A stretch of DNA of 64,000 nt, taken from assembly GCF_000150275.1 (NCBI RefSeq), contig NW_002060975.1:276130-340129 (forward strand), read 5' to 3'. The stretch's first letter is position 1. Each line of letters begins with the position of its first letter. Below are positions 13,733 to 28,398 of the stretch, piece by piece. A model generated the notes under the pieces. That model searched no databases and was not told the origin of the DNA. It saw nothing but the letters and a program-made list of their open reading frames with translations. Made by a program: the position numbers and the translations under genes. The DNA is from Trichoplax adhaerens (Eukaryota > Animalia > Placozoa).

Positions 13733-16700
13733 TATTACACAGTTTTTCATCATCATACGTCACTTTCTTAGATTAAATTGCCACCTCAAATAAATATCGA
13801 TTCCATCATCCAAGTAATTTTAGAATCTTATTGAAAAGTTCGTTCCATTTCAAAGGTTAATTACGCTCGACGCTCGATGAAAGTCGATAAGCGAAACAGA
13901 CAGTTCGCTTTTCAAATAATAAATCAAATTATAAATCCCCAACCCTCTCTTCCTTTCTCCATTAGAAACTCCCAGTTTTTATACCCACAACAGCAGATTG
14001 TACAACTTAGGATATCTATAAAAGCCATAGTATGCCTTCCTAACACTTGAAACTTGAAAGTTCTAATCATAACGGTTCTTCCTTATGCTCCTAACATAGC
14101 TATACAAACAGTAGTCATGCAGTCATGTAGATAATATATTCTGTGTCGTAGATAATGTAGTAATCAGTTGTTGACTCTTATCATAAAGAGATTTATTTAT
14201 AAATGTATTTATTGATTTGAATCAGTTGATTTTATGAGGAAATAGTGAGTAGTGAGTCTACTAAATAAAGCTATTTCGTAGATTATAGTACAGTGTAGCT
14301 ACTGATTGTGAGCCTTGCAAAAGTGTAGTAGTTCTTAGGTGTTATAGTACTGTATTCTTAATAAATCTTATAATAGATTACGGTAATCATCTAAAGAAGC
14401 AACGTATAGTAAGTGCTTTACATTAGACTAGCAAATTTGTCAGGAAGTAGTATGTAACAGAATCATCAATCAATCAATCTGATCAAATCATATTAATCAA
14501 TGCAATAATATATGTGTTCTGATTTGCGAGATAAATAGAACAAAATATGATAGTGGATATGTTGCAATGAAGTCAATTATGTTGGTTATAAAACTAGTAA
14601 AGTAACGATAATATCAGTGCAACATCACGTGGAAGCAATGAAGAAAACGTAGGAGCCGAAGAAGAATGTTTAATCTGCAAAAACTTTATTAAGCACGCGA
14701 TTGTTTTAGGCAAGGTCTATTAGAAAGAAGAATAAGGTTTTTTCTAGGTGATATAAATTACCGTAGTGCTTTACTATATAATACTAGTATACTTTCAACG
14801 CACATTACCCTTGTAATGAAATAAAATCTCTACAATCCGTTATTAGCTAACCTCGTAATGGCTTAGTCGGTTTTTAATTGATATATCTGTAAAGCTTTCA
14901 CGAATAATTACGCGTTTATTATTTATAATCAAATAATTTGAAAATTGATAACTGCATGGTTGGGATTTCACTTTATTCCCTGTAGTTGTCATCTAAATTA
15001 ACATTGTCGATCACATTAATTATTGATGTTGAACTATAATGATTACGTATCAAGGTAGCATTACCTTTAAACTTCAATAGCTTCCCTATTAGTAACAATA
15101 AATATTAAAAGCGAAAGTTTCTTTCATACTTATCATCGAGCTAATTTTATATTATGACCGCTACACAATGCAATGCGTAATTTCCGACAGTAATACTGTA
15201 AATCATGAAATAGTATTCCATTTTGATTGCATAAATAAAGTGCCAGAATAGGCCTAGGTACCGATGCTTGAACAATATTAGGATATTATACAACGTGGCT
15301 CTGTAAGTATAATCTTTCACAAGTAAAGCGTGAGATAACGGAAATCTTAGTGTGTATTTGCCTAAGGTTTTAGCTGGCATATCATTTATATCCTAAATAC
15401 TAAATTTAAATCCCTTCAATTACTTTGTCATTATAGATTTCCAAGCTGGATTTTTACTTATCAAACACCGTACTAATGGTTTAATTTGAATTAACTTAGC
15501 CTAGCAAAAGTTTACGATTCTGAAGGCAAAATATCAATAAAATAACTCACAAGACGTATGGAAGTAGCATAGTTCGGTAGTTTAGTAGAGAATATAAGCA
15601 TGTGTGCTTGAAAGAGAAAGAGAGAAATCGGTTGAATGGAGAAAAACTCAGAAAGCTATCTCCAACCTTCGATATCTAAATATAAGCTCTAAATTTTTCT
15701 ATTTCACAAAAATTTCTTAGACTTTGACAATACATTTTTACTTTATTCTATTAAATACTTATAGTTGAACAGATTTATATTTTAGCTATATCATTTCACT
15801 TCTCTCATTCATCATTATTCCGAAAGATTGTTTATTGTTTATTTCAAGAAATATAACCGTTACGCATTCCGTCAGTAAAAAAGAATTAAATCTAACTGGA
15901 CAATATAGTGATATCCATTGCATTCTAACATTTTAACCAGGACTGTAATTAGTGAGTGCATCTTTAAGGTGCTCTTAAACTATCGTCTCATAACCTGGCT
16001 TATGGCGTGCCTCTGGTTCTTAATTCTCATAATATTATCTAGTTTGGGCTAATATGTATTGAAATTTCTTCTATTAAGAATAAAACAAAGAACATCTTAA
16101 GTCTAGTAAAATTATGTTATGTTAAGCTATTGCAGTGCTACATAGTACACTGTATTAACTAGGTTAAAGTAGAAATATCTATGTTAGGATAATTTTATTA
16201 GCTTACCCTTATTTAGTGATTTTCCAATTTAAATATAGTTCAATCACTGTTATTGTAACTTGCTTATGGTAGATTATAGATTATCGTGGAAATGTTCCAT
16301 GATGGAGGGCATATTTTAATCTGATTATTTTGTATTAGTCATTAGATATCTATGTTCGCAAATAGCGTTGTCTTCATTAGACGACAGTAGGTAAAATTAG
16401 CTTCTGATTTATTGGAAGGCTAGAAATATAATATTACTAACCTGGATGCCTGAGCTATATCAGAAGAGTATAGAAATAGGATACATCTTATAATAAAGTT
16501 ATTTCTTAAGATTAGTGATAACGTAAAATCCGAGGCGGCTAAAGTCTTTTGTAGTCTACTAGTAGAGGAGATAGTATTCCTGATAGAGTAGATATTGCTC
16601 CCTGAACGTAGTTCAGAAAACCGACATATGAATCGTAGGTTACCTTATCTCGTTGCAAAGCTGTTTTGTAACACTGGTGTATTGTATTGCTACTTTTTAA

Positions 16701-18036
16701 TTTGCATCCTACTATAATACTACTGTTACTTCAAAGTTCATATTGAGTTTATTATGCATATCACTAAATTGATTTTGTAAGGTTTTTACGGTATTATGGT
16801 ATTTCTCGAAGCCACTCTATGCAAATAAATCTAATTTAAACCAACTTTTTATCGAACTAGAAGTATAGAAATCATTCTCGACAAAATAAATATCTCCTGC
16901 TTTAGAATCGAGAAATAGCCTTAAATAAAGTAATGTTTTGTTCATTCATATGCAATTGGAGATGTTAAAGGCACAATAGCCTTTGGTATTTAAACTACAG
17001 TTCAAGAAAAAAAGTTAATTGAAGTAGAGTATAATTGCAAATGTTTTCATCACGATTACCAGTGAAAATTTAAACTAATATTTTATTTCATTGGAAAAAT
17101 TTTTTCAATTATACAACTAATATTAACCCAGATTATATTGTGTATTGCACTTTAACAAGTGCTAGTATCAAGCCAATATTCAAATTAAAGCTAAATAATG
17201 CTAGTTAATCAAGTAGGGTATAAAAAATAAAAATCTTGATAAAATACTAGCCAAAATTGATAAATACTAGTCAATAGTTACAAGTAAATACAATGAACCA
17301 AATAAAGACTAGTAATTTACTCGAAAACTAGCAGTAGAAGACATATTGAATCTAATACTTTGAAAAATGGAGATATTAGATTAGTCGTCTAGTTTACATT
17401 CATGATGTAGTTTAGTCGCAGTTTGCAGTACAATATTTGCTCATCTTATCCATACTGAAATGGATTTTTCGATACAAAGAAAAACTAAAAGACAAATTTT
17501 TGTAAAATTTTCCCCCAATGGTAACAAGATAATCCGTCAATCATGAATTTAGGTATATATATATATATTCCAATGCTAAAATTTTGAATAAATCTAAATC
17601 GGCCATTGAATTGTTGCAAAGTAGAACGGCTACTCTACGAATAATTCTACATAAACGATATACAGCAGATCCATGCTAACTTTAATCATGTCGATCGTCT
17701 TCAAGTTGATGCTTTCTTTATCCTAATACAATGATGTATTCTCGCATTTGGCATCGTGAGCATCTATCGAGTCGTTACAGCTTAAAGTAATCGACTATCA
17801 ACTTATCAGTGTCTTACAAAATACAAATTATGTGTAGCAATATTTTGTATTTTAAAGCATACAGTAAAAAGTATTGATATTCAGCATAAGGAACTACATT
17901 CTAATAAAACAATTGGAATCGTTTAACAGTATATCCCCATGAGAAGCAACAAATGGATAGACACTAAGAGAAAAATATTCATGAATAGTTGTGTGTGTGA
18001 TATGTGGTCGAGAAAATACATCCATTCTTTATATAT

Positions 18037-21000
18037 TTATAACATTAATTCTTTACTGGCATCGTCGTCGACCGTTCCTTGCGGACGGAAATGCCGTGGT
18101 AACGAAGCTGAACCATAATCCTGATTTTCGTAGGCTGGGTTAAAATGCGCTGCTTCAATATCCTCATATTCCTAATAAAGATACATAATCGACAGGATGA
18201 TATTAATACAAGAATATACAGTATATTAAGTTAAATAAGGTCTACACGAACGATTAGCTTGACATCATATTCGGTCATATCGCCTGTGAAAAAAATATTT
18301 TCACGAGCTGGCTATTGTACATGATTTATTTCAACATTGATTACTAAAAGAATGGAAACCTGCTATGCACATCGTTCGTAGCTCTATACAAATAAATAAT
18401 GTAAGAGAAACTCCTTTAAACTAGATTAGTCGGTAGTATGTAGCTGTTGTCGAAATTTGAAAACTTAGTCGTGATTGAAATGAAATTGGTAGATTTTATA
18501 TACAGTATTGAGTAAATACCGCAAAGTGTCTTGTACTTTCTACTAAAATGGCCAATACAATATTTATTCCTGAGAATAGGCTACTATAAACTGTTTAATC
18601 CATGAATTAACGTTACAAGCCGCTATTTAACAATACTTTTTGAAGCTCAATATACTGTACAGTTAACTTTTAACAACAGAAACAAGGAGACTTTCAATAT
18701 CTCACATCAAACTCAGTTGGAACTAAATATTTTGTCCTATTCTAGTGTGCTTATGTTCTGCAAATCAAGCTATTGGCTATCAAGATCAATATCAGACGTA
18801 ATTTATCAAACCATAATTTGTACTCATTAGATGATCATGCACCGAATAATTCAGTGCTATAAATGTGTATGCACGCTTGGATCTCAGAAAAGACAAACTA
18901 GTACTGTATTGATGTCGTTGCACAAACCGATTGTTGCCTTTTAGTGGAGTTTCTTTGATTTTGACGAGGTTGCACAATTTCTGGTGCCTGCTCTACAGGC
19001 AGTTGGGCTGGCTCTTTATGCACTGTACCATAGATATTGCTATCGGTAGATTGGCGAGGATTATATGGTGCTTGATTGTTCGGATTGCGAGGATAAGTAG
19101 AATATGGATCGTTGCCCGATGATGGAGGCAATCGATTTAAATCATCAAAAGTACGAGGAATTTTTTTCTTCTTTTCGACTTGAGCATAAGTTGGATCGGT
19201 TGTACTTGCATAGCCTTCATAGGTATGGCTAGCATAAACTGAATTGCTATCGCTATAGTGCTTATCATTTTCATGGACTAAATTTTGTGTACTACTATAG
19301 TCGACGGCATCGGTTGGGTTAGATCTATGCCTTTCTAATGTTGTGCGGTAAGGATCAGTAGGTGGTTCGGTAGAAACATTGTCTTTTACCGTATTATAAA
19401 TTGGCAAATATAACTGACTGTGAGAATTTGCATCTCGACCTGGTGCATCACCATTCATATCTGCTTCATCTATAATGTAAAGGGTAACAATACATCATAA
19501 ACATATTATGTTCAGTGAATACTATATTCATTTTTAGTAAATAAGCAGTGGCCATAATTGAAACATTTATTTTTATTGTTTTTCTCTGTACTTACTGTAA
19601 TGGGCACCAGGATATTGTTTTTGAGTATGGCGTAAACTATCTGTTGTTGACATGCTATATTCTTCACGATGTGAATCATCATGGATAGCATTTGCATAAG
19701 ACTTGGTTCGATCACGTAAAGACGACGAATTACCAACTTAACATTTCAAAGAGACATAAAATTGATTAGATTTCTTCTCAGTAATTGGATATTGTTGTCA
19801 AATTAATTACTGTTTTCTTTTATGGTTGAAAAATGAGACAGCATAAATATGATTCTGTCTACCTAATTTAGAGATATGTATTCTTAAAATAACTACTGAT
19901 GCAGATAAAATAACATCCTTATATTGTTTACTTTATCTCTACTAATACCAAAGTATATATTTAGGCGAGTTTGGAAAACACTTGTATTATGATTTTTCTT
20001 TTTATTTATTCCATGCACGGTGTTCTATTACAGTCCTTTTCAATCAGATCACTTCCATATCATGATACATTCATTATTTATTATTAGTAATAATACTAAA
20101 TATAATCTTTAATATAGGGTTACGATAACATCAGTGCTATAACGGGATATATTTTCTGATAAATTAAGTCTTAAATAGTCAAGGTTAAATGATCATTATT
20201 GTGTCACCATTTAGACATTATAGCCAATGATAACCCTTAATCGCCTAGAGTGATGCTCGAGTACAGTATATGCTGTATGCTTAATTTTTTAAGTTAGTTC
20301 GTTACACAAACTTAAATTAGAGTAAAGAAACATAGTGATACTGTACTTTAGAGAACATTTACAGCCAACAAAATGCATCACGGAATAGCTGGGATTATAA
20401 CAGCGGTTATATATGATTGATTTAATTTTTTAGATTATATGTGATAGGCAATTAATGCCAAAGATTCAATCTGTAATGATATTTTAAAGTTTGCAAAGAT
20501 TCTCTCTCAACGTCGTTATAATATAATTAAAATAATACAGCTTATTGGCTTAGAAGCTAAGTTCAGTAGATTATATCTTGAGAACGGTGTTATTTTATTA
20601 GAATTATCCACCCACATGTTACGCAAACTGAATGTTAGACAAGTATTTCGATGCAAATAAAGAAAAGCAACTAAAGAATCGTTCACGAGATGTAAAATAT
20701 TCATGTTTCTAATTTATAGAATGAATAGTGTATAATATTTAGAGATCGAAATCACATTCTGTTATATGACTTCCATAACATTCAAATTCGTTGTAACGTA
20801 TAATGTGTTGCAAATGGTATATTTAAACGTAAATATCGCTTGTTTCCTGGCTTTGATCTAAGTAACTGTCGGACTGGCAGCTAGGCTCTAGGTTATATTT
20901 CATTCGAGAATCGTTTACTGTGAAAGTTGCTGGATTACGTGTAAAATTTAAGCATGGAAATGTTAGTGAACAAGAAATGATAACCTAGAGGCAATGGTTT

Positions 21001-24000
21001 GATACGAGGAGTAACTTCATAGATTCTACTTTGTTACTGGACTGCATTTAGGGGTAAGCTTGCTACTGTAAAGTAATAAGCCAAAAACTTGGGTGATCTT
21101 AGATTTATATTTTGAAATTAGTGTTATATAATTCTGTTTAGCTAAGTGCTCTGTATGAAAATAGATTTCATTGCAAGCCCTATATGAGATTAATATAATG
21201 TACTTTTAAGTTGTGGAATAATACTGTTCTTTGAAATATCAAATTTTACATGTGTGACAATGGTTATTTTTTACCAAGTTTTTGTTATATTTCGTCAGTA
21301 ATCTTTAATTTAATTTAATTTAGTCTAATTATAGCAGAAAATTTACGAAAGCAATCGCACATGCGAGAATATTTACCGATTTTGGGATCTTCTTGTTCTT
21401 TCCTCCGACACAAACAACAAGCCCCAAGGATAATAAGGATAAGAAAAATGCCGCCGCCAATGCCAGCTGAAAGTCCAATGATTAATGGCAAATCTAGAAT
21501 AATAATTAAGTTATATAACAATAATTACAATTTACAACAACACAAATCTTCTTAGTTATCATCAATCACAGTCATCATTTTTCATAGGAGAATTTTTAAA
21601 TCAAACTTCTTACCAACGGGTGCTGGTGTAACAATTGCTCCTGTAATAATAGCAAATAGGATTTGATCTTAATTTTATACTAAAAATGACGAACATCAAG
21701 GAGGTGCTCATTTTTAAATATTAGACAGACTTGACTCCAATTAATCAAATTACCTTGCAAAGTGGCAAATTGTATAGAGGATGATGATGGGCTTTGACCC
21801 AAAGAGTTGAGTCCACGAATAAATGCGGTGTAGTTGGTACTTGAATTTAAACCAGTTAACGTAAAAGTCGTTTGACCAAAAGAGGTATTACCTCCAAAAC
21901 TGAAAAAAGTATCTACTGATCGTCTATAAAATAATTGAAAGATTTGAGCCAGGTTGCCGTCATGACCTGATGTCCAGGAAAATGTTGCTGTATCGGAAGT
22001 TGTTTCTGTCACTAGGAAGTTTGATGGTGCTTCAGGAACAGCTATAAGCCACAATTTAATAAAAAATTAATATTTCCAATCTAAACAGCTCTCTATCAGA
22101 TCATAATTGCGTATTAGTTCTAATTCATTACATCTATCCACGACAGTAATGGTAATAGCATAAGAATCACTTCCAAGTTGGTTTGAGGCATTGCACTGTA
22201 AGGTACCATCTATTGCTGTAGTAGGGTTACTAATCGATAGCACACTAGTTGTACGTGTAAGGGTATTGGTGTTAGAAATGGAATAAATATTGCTAGTGCT
22301 ACCAGAGCCAGTAACTATTGCCACGCCATTTATTGTCCATGTAATTGTAGGAGCTGGTCCGCCGTCCATCACACAAGTTACGGTGGCTTTTTTGCCAGTT
22401 ACAAAGCTGCGTAAACTAGCAGAACTATTTGCAGTAACAACCACCGGAATTTCTATTGCAAATATATATTTTTCATAATTAATAATATGTTCTTCAATAT
22501 TTAATGTCAATTTTTTATACATTCGATGCATATTTTCTGCATAATTTTTACAGGGGAGAAATTGTTTTAAAATTAATTTTTGCGTCACTACTTACCTAAT
22601 ACAGTTAGCTTCACTACAAGATTAGTTAAACCAACAGTATTACTGATTACGCACGTATAATTTCCTGTAGCTGATAACTGAACGTTTGGGATTGTCAAAT
22701 TTCCAGTAGTTTGATCGTAGATAGTATTGCTAGGTGGATTTGAATCCAGTGGATAGCTTTTCGCCCAGAAATATTTTAAACTTGTCGGATTGCCAACGGC
22801 TAAGCAATTCATGATAGTATCTGAGCCTGAGGTAATCTCATAAGCTCTTGCTTGGTTACTACTAATGATAGGTTTATCTAAGAGAGAATTTTTACAACGT
22901 TATATATTATTTTTACATTTTGTCCTTACTATTGATACGAAACGATACATTCAAAGAGGTACTTACATTGAATATTTAAGACTGTTGTAGTATATTTAGT
23001 ACCCGCAGGATTAATAGCTCTACAAGTATACATCGCTTTATCATATGTGCTGTTGACAGTAAAGCTATACGAAGCTGACGAGTTGTCTGAGCTAATAGTT
23101 TCATTCATCGGGCTTAGTAATGTTAAAACAGGTGTAGGTAAAGCTGTTGCAGAACATGTCAAGGTGACAGTAGTACCTTCGTTAGCCGTTACCGTAGCTT
23201 TTGTATTGGTAAAGATTGGTATAGCTATAAGTAGATAAAAATGAATGCATTCTCACTTATTCCTATCATTACTTTGATCATAATAACTCTTATTTGCTGA
23301 TTGAAAAACTACAGTTCCAATACGGAATTGTAGCAAAAGGTAATAAACGAAACTTCAAGATATTTTTAATGTTTATGCTATTTAGTTGAATAAAAATTAC
23401 AAGCTGTTCAAACTTACTTTGTACGTCAAGTTGAACTGAAGAGCTTAGCGTTCCATACGCGTTGGTTATCGAACATTCATATGTATTTTCGTGGAAATGG
23501 GGAAAAACTACAAATGGGTAACTTATTGAATTAAATCCTTGCACCATTATATCATTTTTGCCTCCTGTTGTGTTGGTAAGCTTAATTTCAGCTGCTGGAT
23601 TTCCAGAATCAGCAACGCTGCAGGATAAAGTTAAAGTTTCAGATTCTTTAACTGTATGAACAGGCGTATTGGGTGACATTGTTAACCCTTCTGGACCATC
23701 TAAAATAGTAGTTATAAATAGGAGAGTATTCAATACTTATGTTGGCACTACGCCAGCAAATTGACTCGTCGATTGCTATACAATCAGAAGAATCATCAAA
23801 CCTATACTGCCAGTATTAACATTAGTAATACTTACATAAAACTTCTAAATAAGCTTCAGAAAATGCACCATTGCCAACAACATTTTTAGGTTGACAACGA
23901 TATAAGCCCGTATCGCTTTTGACTACATCCTGGATAATGAAAGTCGAATTAGAATAATAGTAAGTAAAGCGTGAGCTGTTTACGGCCAATAATGCGTTAT

Positions 24001-27000
24001 TTTGTGTCCAGTCATAGGTAATATTCCCAGGTATTGCCCAAGAGCCGCAGCGCATTGAAGCATCACCACCGGCAACTGCTGTAGTATTAAACAATTGTTG
24101 TACTAAAATGGGTAGACCTGTAAAAGGGAATAGATATCAAAGCTATAGTTATCTCATGAAACTTATCAGATATGGTCATAATAATGATAAGGACTACATT
24201 CAATTTTAATTGTTTTGTTATTGCACTTGTTTATGACTCCTAAATAGAAATAGATTTAGAATTTCTTATCCAAAATTACCTCGAACAGTCACTAGAAAGT
24301 CGTAATTGTTGACAGCATTGTTTACCAGTATTACTCGTATGTTATACGTGCCAGTGTCATTCATGGTGGTATTATGTAACATAAAGTAAATTGATTTACC
24401 AAAGTATGGGCTCGCGTTGGCACCTTGACTAGCATTGACTCGAGGATTTACAGTTGGAACAGAATTTACAAGTGGAGTAGGATAAAGAACTAGCCCATTC
24501 TTGATTATGGTAAATTGGAAGACATCTTCAGAATAGGTAGCTGTAAAACTAGCCGTTTCAGGTTCGTCGATAGTTACTTTTAGTGGCGATGTTTGAGCTA
24601 GTTAATAAAAAAATAACGCTCTAAATTAGTTTTGTTTAATAGACTCATATTTCACAAAATACCAGAACATTTACAGTAAATTGAGCTCTACTATCGTCAC
24701 ATCGTATTTTGATTTCCATTTTACAAATATATACGGTAAGAAATATACATTAATTAAAACTTAAAAATGGAGCGAGGATATTGTCAATTTGATTTAATCG
24801 ATTTTTGATCAATTACAAAGTTATTGTTTACAATCTCTAGCGATAATAAATGTATGCTTTAGTGTAATTATTTTTATCGGTATAGTAGTGGTATGATTCA
24901 TTCATAAATTATGAGTATTGCAGTACTGGCTTTTGAGAAAGATAGACTGCTAGTAGTACTGCATCCAGTTAACATCGTATCATATTACAAGCAATAAACT
25001 ATTTTAGAGAATTATATGATAGTCTTCATAAAACAAACAACAAATAGAATGAGATCTACTGGCTTGATGAAACTCAACGCACCGCAGTACTATCAAGTTG
25101 TTTATGTAGAAAAATATCCTTATGCTACACATATTTTTGGAAGTTAAATGTGTATCGTAGTATTATAAAGTAATTTGAAGATGTCAACTATATTTAATTA
25201 TTCTGCATACAAGAATGATGTCAAAGCGAGCGATCAATACTTTAAACGTTCCACATGTATTAGCGTGCAAGCCCGATCACCCCTTAAATCATGTTATAAA
25301 ATTTGATCTCCTTTTCGAATGTAACTAACAGATCGAGTTTAGCTTTTGTTGTGGTCATAAAGAAAATTTCGGCCACTTCATGTGCAATATAATCTCATTT
25401 TTGGCTACTCTAGACAGGAAATCTTTAAAAGATGTCAGAAATTTCAAGTTTTAACATCAGGAACATCGTCCGTCTCACCATTTTGTTTCGATATGCATAC
25501 AAATCGTGCAAGTCTAGTGATCATCAGTTTAACATTAGTAAAATTATCAAATCAAAATAGTTAACGAAAATTAAGCATTAACGGCTATTAATCGTATAAT
25601 TGGATTACTTGGAGTCGTAATAAAGCCTTTTGTATATTAAGGCATTCGATTACTTACACTTGAAATATGCAATCCAATTGAAACATATGAGTCAACGGTT
25701 ATCTATTTATAGTAACGTTATCATCTAGTCCAGGTGTTGACTACTATCGTATCTCATATCGGTTCTATGTCTAGTATAGAATAAACATGGAATAGGAGTA
25801 ACGTTGAATTTTCACTTTTTTTTTTGGTTAGCGTTTGAACATTAGATAGGTTACTTGGAGGATTGTATATCAAAATTCTACTTATTATTATTTGCTTTTG
25901 AAATGACATTATGCATCATTTAATTTGTCAAAGGAAAGCCGTTAAATAAATCAACTGCTGCCTTGAAAAGCATTCCAAGCTGACAATTTAAAAGAAGCAC
26001 TGCACTTTCTGTAGGATTGATCGAAAAGGGAAAATTATGCATAGACTAGCGTTATATGATAAATTGATGATTCAATCGATAAGAGTTGAATCTAGGGTTG
26101 CCATGTAACTTAGAAGTTAAAAACTGAGAGATAGATAGGCAGAAGTAAAGCAAAAAATTGTTACGATCACGGCTATATTATCGAACAAGAATTTGTTTTC
26201 TATAATAAATAACTTGTACTGTAGCCTGTAACAGAGCAAATAACAACATACAATACGTATATACTAGTAGCACTGTGCAATCACGAAAACAATAAGGGGA
26301 AAAGCAGTAGAATGCAATGTACAAGATGTAATGTTGACTATAAGGAGAATGGGAATGTATTTTATAGTTGTATTATGATTAAACCTTTCTATGTACATAA
26401 CGTGCGTATTACCGATTGTAGAAATATTAGCCGTCCAAATTTCATCATTAATATATATATTTTAATGTAGTTCGATTAATCATTAATCCATGAATTAGAC
26501 TACCGTGAGTTGGTAACAGAAATAAAATTGATGAGTAAAGAGCAGCGTATAAGCAGTAGTTGTACGGGATGGGTAAAACGTATCATTTGAATATTTCAAT
26601 TTAAACTGTATTACTTTACTCGATGCAATCACATTACAGCGAGCTATTTTAATAAAGGGAGACTTTACTTTGATATAGCTATGATATTAAAAACAACTGG
26701 CATCATTCAATTAAATTGAGACTATTGCTATGGACATTTGTAGAGTAGTTTGTTGGACGTAGGAAACGTGGATGTAATACTATCATCTCAATGCCAATCT
26801 ACTATTCTCTCATCCATTTTAGATTCAATGAATAGTTGGATAGAATTGCATTCGAGAAAAGCTATCGTTATAACTGTAAGGCGATAGACAGTAGTCTAAC
26901 ATAAATGTGTTGTACTGAAGCAGTTTCGGATGGATAGCTAGCCTATGCGGAAGTACTTGATCGAAAAAGAAAGCACTACAGTGAGTGAGTAGGTAATAGG

Positions 27001-27195
27001 AAAAGGTAAAAAAGGATTACAATATCCAAATTATTACGGTACTAGCAATCTTGATGCAAGACAAAGAATCTGATGGACGAGTCGGCTACAGTGAAGGAAT
27101 AATAATTACAGTTATAGGATAATCTTACCAAGAGATAGTGGAGAAAAAACCATTAAAGCCAGAAGACATAAGCATTTGAATTGCATGTAAGCCAT
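18037..27195 (-). CDS. Ig-superfamily single-pass adhesion receptor: signal peptide, 6 Ig, 1 FN3, TM, Tyr-rich cytoplasmic tail (nephrin/echinoid-like architecture), about 1019 aa
   Basis: Phase-consistent GT-AG exons: 27195-27129 (MAYMQFKCLCLLALMVFSPLSL), 24597-24280, 24117-23836, 23699-23418, 23224-22967, 22877-22596, 22452-22132 (six Ig), 22041-21754 (FN3; PEAPSN, W, LNSSTNY), 21640-21614, 21493-21377 (TM, then CCLCRRK), 19736-19596, 19469-18928, 18171-18037 (...DASKELML*). One domain per phase-1 exon. Confidence 0.85.
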
Positions 27196-28168
27196 GTTGA
27201 ATTACTATGAGAAGTGTGCAAGGCGTTTGGATCAGTTAAATGAAACAATAATTCCTAATTAACCTTAATAAATCGTATCTGTATTTATCAGAGGCTATTT
27301 ACATGTAGAAAGAACAATAACTAAAGGTAATGATAGTATTTTGTCTTGAAGGAATTTGTAATCGTTATCCTGATTGATACTATTCAACCGACGGCCATGA
27401 CTGATACTAATGGCACTTTATATAGCCCTACAGTTATGTATTGACTCCAATCTATTTGCATGTTAACGCTGCAAAATATTTATTTATGGGTTACATTACC
27501 GAATCACCATATAAGTCTGGGTCCAATTGAAAAATATCTAGTTATTTTCGACCACCAACTTCAATATTATAATGTCTTTTTTTGGGGGGGGGGAGAAAGT
27601 TTGCGTTGGAATTTTAGAGCAGACTAATAAACCAGAGCTATTTTCCTTGCTTGCCGACAATTTCACGTTTCAATTCAAGGTCAGCAACCACGCCAATTGT
27701 GTATGTACTACCACTATCGTCATCTATCTTGATTCGGATGACGGAGCGTCTAGTTTTAATAATCGTCTTCACTATTAGCCAAGGAAGTTAAGTTCAGCAT
27801 CCAAGGGAAGATTAAAATAACGAGTGAAAAGGAGCGACTTGGCTTATCGAATTAAAGTGATAAGGAATCGATTAGAAATAGAGGTGTTAAGTTGGAGATA
27901 AGGCGGAGCACTTTCTGATCGGGCGTAAAAACAGCTAAAGTTGCACACGCTGTTCAAATGGGCCTTGAAAGCTAGTTGATCGATGCGAAAATAAGAATTA
28001 TTATTGATCTGGAATAATGGCGATGATAATGCATTAATTATTATGGTAATGTATATCTAACGTTTAAAGTAATCACTGAATACTTTACCGTTATTTATTG
28101 GCCTTGAATAGCGTCCACAGCACGTACGCATGCACGCTTGTACCCACCCAAACCGAACCCAGGTCAAC

Positions 28169-28276
28169 TGACGTCAAGATCACCGCCATCGCATACGCAA
28201 GCAGCAGCAATTCCATCGATCCTACTGTACGCTATATAATTATTGTACGGTTTGGGTACCATATTGAGCATGCGCA
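28169..28276. promoter_or_regulatory. Candidate promoter/enhancer about 1 kb upstream of the IgSF gene: CRE TGACGTCA (28169-28176) and NRF1-like TGAGCATGCGCA (28265-28276)
   Basis: A perfect CRE palindrome and an 11/12 match to TGCGCATGCGCA lie in a locally GC-richer patch. Confidence 0.45.
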
Positions 28277-28370
28277 GGCAAAAGGGATCTGGTTTTCCAC
28301 TGGGTAGTTCAGTACAGTACTGTATTGTATACAGTCCATACAGTATAATGTTCATAATAGTAATATTAGC

Positions 28371-28398
28371 ATTATTATTATTATTATTATTATTATTA
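28371..28398. repeat. (ATT)n microsatellite
   Basis: attattatt... about 9 units. Confidence 0.9.

Larger units (their letters stand above)
7370..16100. repeat. Decayed tandem segmental duplication of a GPCR unit (copy A about 7370-10620; copy B about 11400-16100 with extra sequence)
   Basis: Collinear non-coding matches: 7520-7755 with 11660-11890; 9180-9520 with 12123-12451; 9735-10150 with 14460-14860; 10155-10620 with 15640-16100. Confidence 0.8.

Noticed and set aside
20980-21065. Possible extra cytoplasmic exon of the IgSF gene
   Set aside because: An in-frame stop follows about 10 codons after the acceptor; without transcript data a short-tail isoform is unsupported.
26503-26586. Alternative signal-peptide exon for the IgSF gene (MIRFTHPVQLLLIRCSLLINF...)
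   Set aside because: Its donor would be phase 2, incompatible with the phase-1 Ig exon; 27195-27129 fits in phase and sequence.
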